From assembly GCF_009914755.1 (NCBI RefSeq), contig NC_060928.1: 64,000 nt of DNA, one strand, 5' to 3'. The translations under genes and the position numbers were made by a program. Below the pieces are notes generated by a model. That model saw nothing but the letters and a program-made list of their open reading frames with translations, was not told the origin of the DNA and did no database searches. The number at the start of each line of letters is the position of its first letter. Within the stretch, counting starts at the first letter, position 1. Shown here in pieces: positions 61,964-64,000 of the stretch. The DNA is from the human T2T-CHM13v2.0 reference genome, Homo sapiens.

Positions 61964-64000
61964 ATTGAGGTGGGAGCCTACTACACAGTGACCGCAAAGG
62001 AGGGAGCTGGGAGAAAGGAGGAGTTCTGAGAGGTGGGGAAGGGCAGATCAGGAAAGGCTTATTGTAGGTTGTTGTTAGGACTATAGATTTAGCTGGAAGG
62101 GACGTTTCTTCCTGCTAAAACCTGGATCAGAGAATAAGGTTTTAGCCCTATGGCACAATGGGCTTCCTAATATTTCATCCTTGAACTAGACAGACATTTC
62201 CCCCAGGCACAGGAACACTGGAATGTCCATGGGCGTTTTCCACAGGGGCAGGGCCCTCTTTCTAAGCTTCTAGGGGCAGGCAGACCCAAACCTGGAAGTC
62301 AGAAGGGCCTGCACTGAGCAGCACTTGCCTGGTGGTGTGTACTCAATTAGTATTGAAGTGAATGAAATAAGAGAGGTTAAAATGATAGATGTTTATCCTG
62401 CTTATTTCTAAAAATAAAGTTAGTAGCTTTGAAACAGAAAGCACAAAGAAAGAGAATAGAAGTCTTAGAGAAAAGGGACTCTTTGGACTGAGTGCAAACA
62501 CCCTATCGGGGGTTTAAATTGATACCCAAGAATACATGAAAAATTTAACACTGTATCACTAGTGCTTAAAAATGTTTCACGTCAGTCTTTTGCTATTCAT
62601 ACCTTTGTATAAAGGATAATATAGTATTTCAACTGAGAAATCATATTCAGTGTATGTCTTTTTTAGTAAGATTTTAAGGAGCTGGTTTGAAGTCATTTAC
62701 ATGTAAATTTTTAAATGACACTTGGAAAGATAAAGCGATTGGTGTGTTGCTGATTTTTTTTTTCTTCTTTTTAAAAGACTCTGTGGGTGGAATTTGCCTG
62801 CATTTAATTTGGGCTTGAAAAGAGTGTTCTAAGCTTGTCACAGTTTTGCCCATTGTGTGGGTTGAATTATTTGGCAATTTTTTGGAAAATGATCTCACTG
62901 CAACTGATGAACAGCAACCCAAACAGCCAAATTCTAGGAACAGACACAGGTGCAGACTTGATTTGCAGTCTTCCAGAACAAAAGAACTATAGGGAGGCAG
63001 ACAAGAGGCAGCAGCCAGTTTCTTCGGGATGTTACTAGTGTTAGTCCTGTCATCACACATATTAATGTAGCTAAAATAGCTCGGGTTGAATGTAACCAAA
63101 TGAATGTCAGGCCAGGATTTGAAAATACACATCCAGCATTTTCCTGGACTTAATTTCATGTAATTATATGTGAACTATTCTGAAGGGAAAATGATAGAAA
63201 AAGAAACCTCTACCCAGCACCAATTTTTTGCTTATTGTTCAGTGAATTTGCTTTCTTAACACCTGGATTACATTAAAGTTTGGTTCAAAAATATAACAAA
63301 ACCTAGGCTCTATGAGAGGCTGTGCAAAGCACATTGTGGTTAAAATTTTTCAAGACTTTTTTTTTCCTGAAATACTCCTAGGATATTTGAAATTACTGTT
63401 AGAATCTCTCCTGCCTCTCTCCCCTTCCACAAAATAAACCATACAATGCAAATTTATTTCTTAGGCATCACGTTCATTATTGTCCTCACCTCCTTGACAG
63501 TTTGCCTCTTCATTTTTTTCAAGCTTGAAAGGAAGATGAGCCCATGTGGTGATAGCTTGTGGTGCTATTTAGCTACTAAATTTTTAACCACCACAAATCA
63601 GTTACCTCTAATAATTAAAAATAAGAGAAAGGCAGGGTTTTTAAATAGTTATACCCTTATGCCTACATGTGCCAGTCAGAAGCTTGGCCATAAGCAGCAG
63701 AATGGACTCTGGCTAAGCAGAGGAGTATGTCAACAGGCTCTCATGCTGGAAGTGGCAGAAGACAGGCCCAGAAGAGGGCAGGAACTAAGAGAAGACAGGA
63801 GCTGAGACCAGGTTAACCCAGTAACCACCTGATGAGCTCTGCTGCCTACACTCCACCCTACCCCCAAAACTGTCACCTGCCACTGCTCTGGCCTTGCTGT
63901 GAAGGGTTTCCACCTCCCCTGAACCTTTGCATGACTCTCCACAGATGCAGTTTCACCAAGGGCACTACCTGGATTCCAGCACAGCTGACAGGGTGGGAGA

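Noticed and set aside
62674-63942. ORFs of 161, 119 and 70 aa near the window end
   Set aside because: No recognisable homology or convincing exon structure; next MCUB exon not seen.

Overview
Primate (very likely human) genomic DNA, about two thirds interspersed repeats. It contains two internal coding exons of MCUB (CCDC109B, the inhibitory mitochondrial calcium uniporter subunit) on the + strand: 58946-59021 (VLRVKLCGNVKYYQSHHYSTVVPPD) and 60131-60301 (EITVIYRHGLPLVTLTLPSRKERCQFVVKPML...). Bases 1-58945 are most simply read as the 3' part of a very long upstream intron; no first exon or CpG island is visible. That intron holds a near-full-length old L1 (nested SVA, MER41A-type LTR and Alus), near-full-length Tigger5 and Tigger1 fossils, an LTR7/HERV-H solo LTR, an LTR9-type LTR with an octamer cluster, MER21/MLT/MST/LTR16 relics, L2/MIR and more than 40 Alus. 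Most ORF-track entries are repeat artefacts. No prokaryotic-type system, CRISPR array or structural RNA gene was found. Best leads: an inverted AluSp pair bracketing the two exons (circRNA architecture; the 171-nt exon would close into a stop-free ring), a tiny polyadenylated ERV-LTR retrocopy, an unexplained 29-bp direct repeat 1.9 kb apart, a T17/A15 hairpin, a candidate poison exon and compact TF-motif clusters. Repeat subfamily names are from recalled consensus sequences, not a database search; repeat boundaries are approximate.
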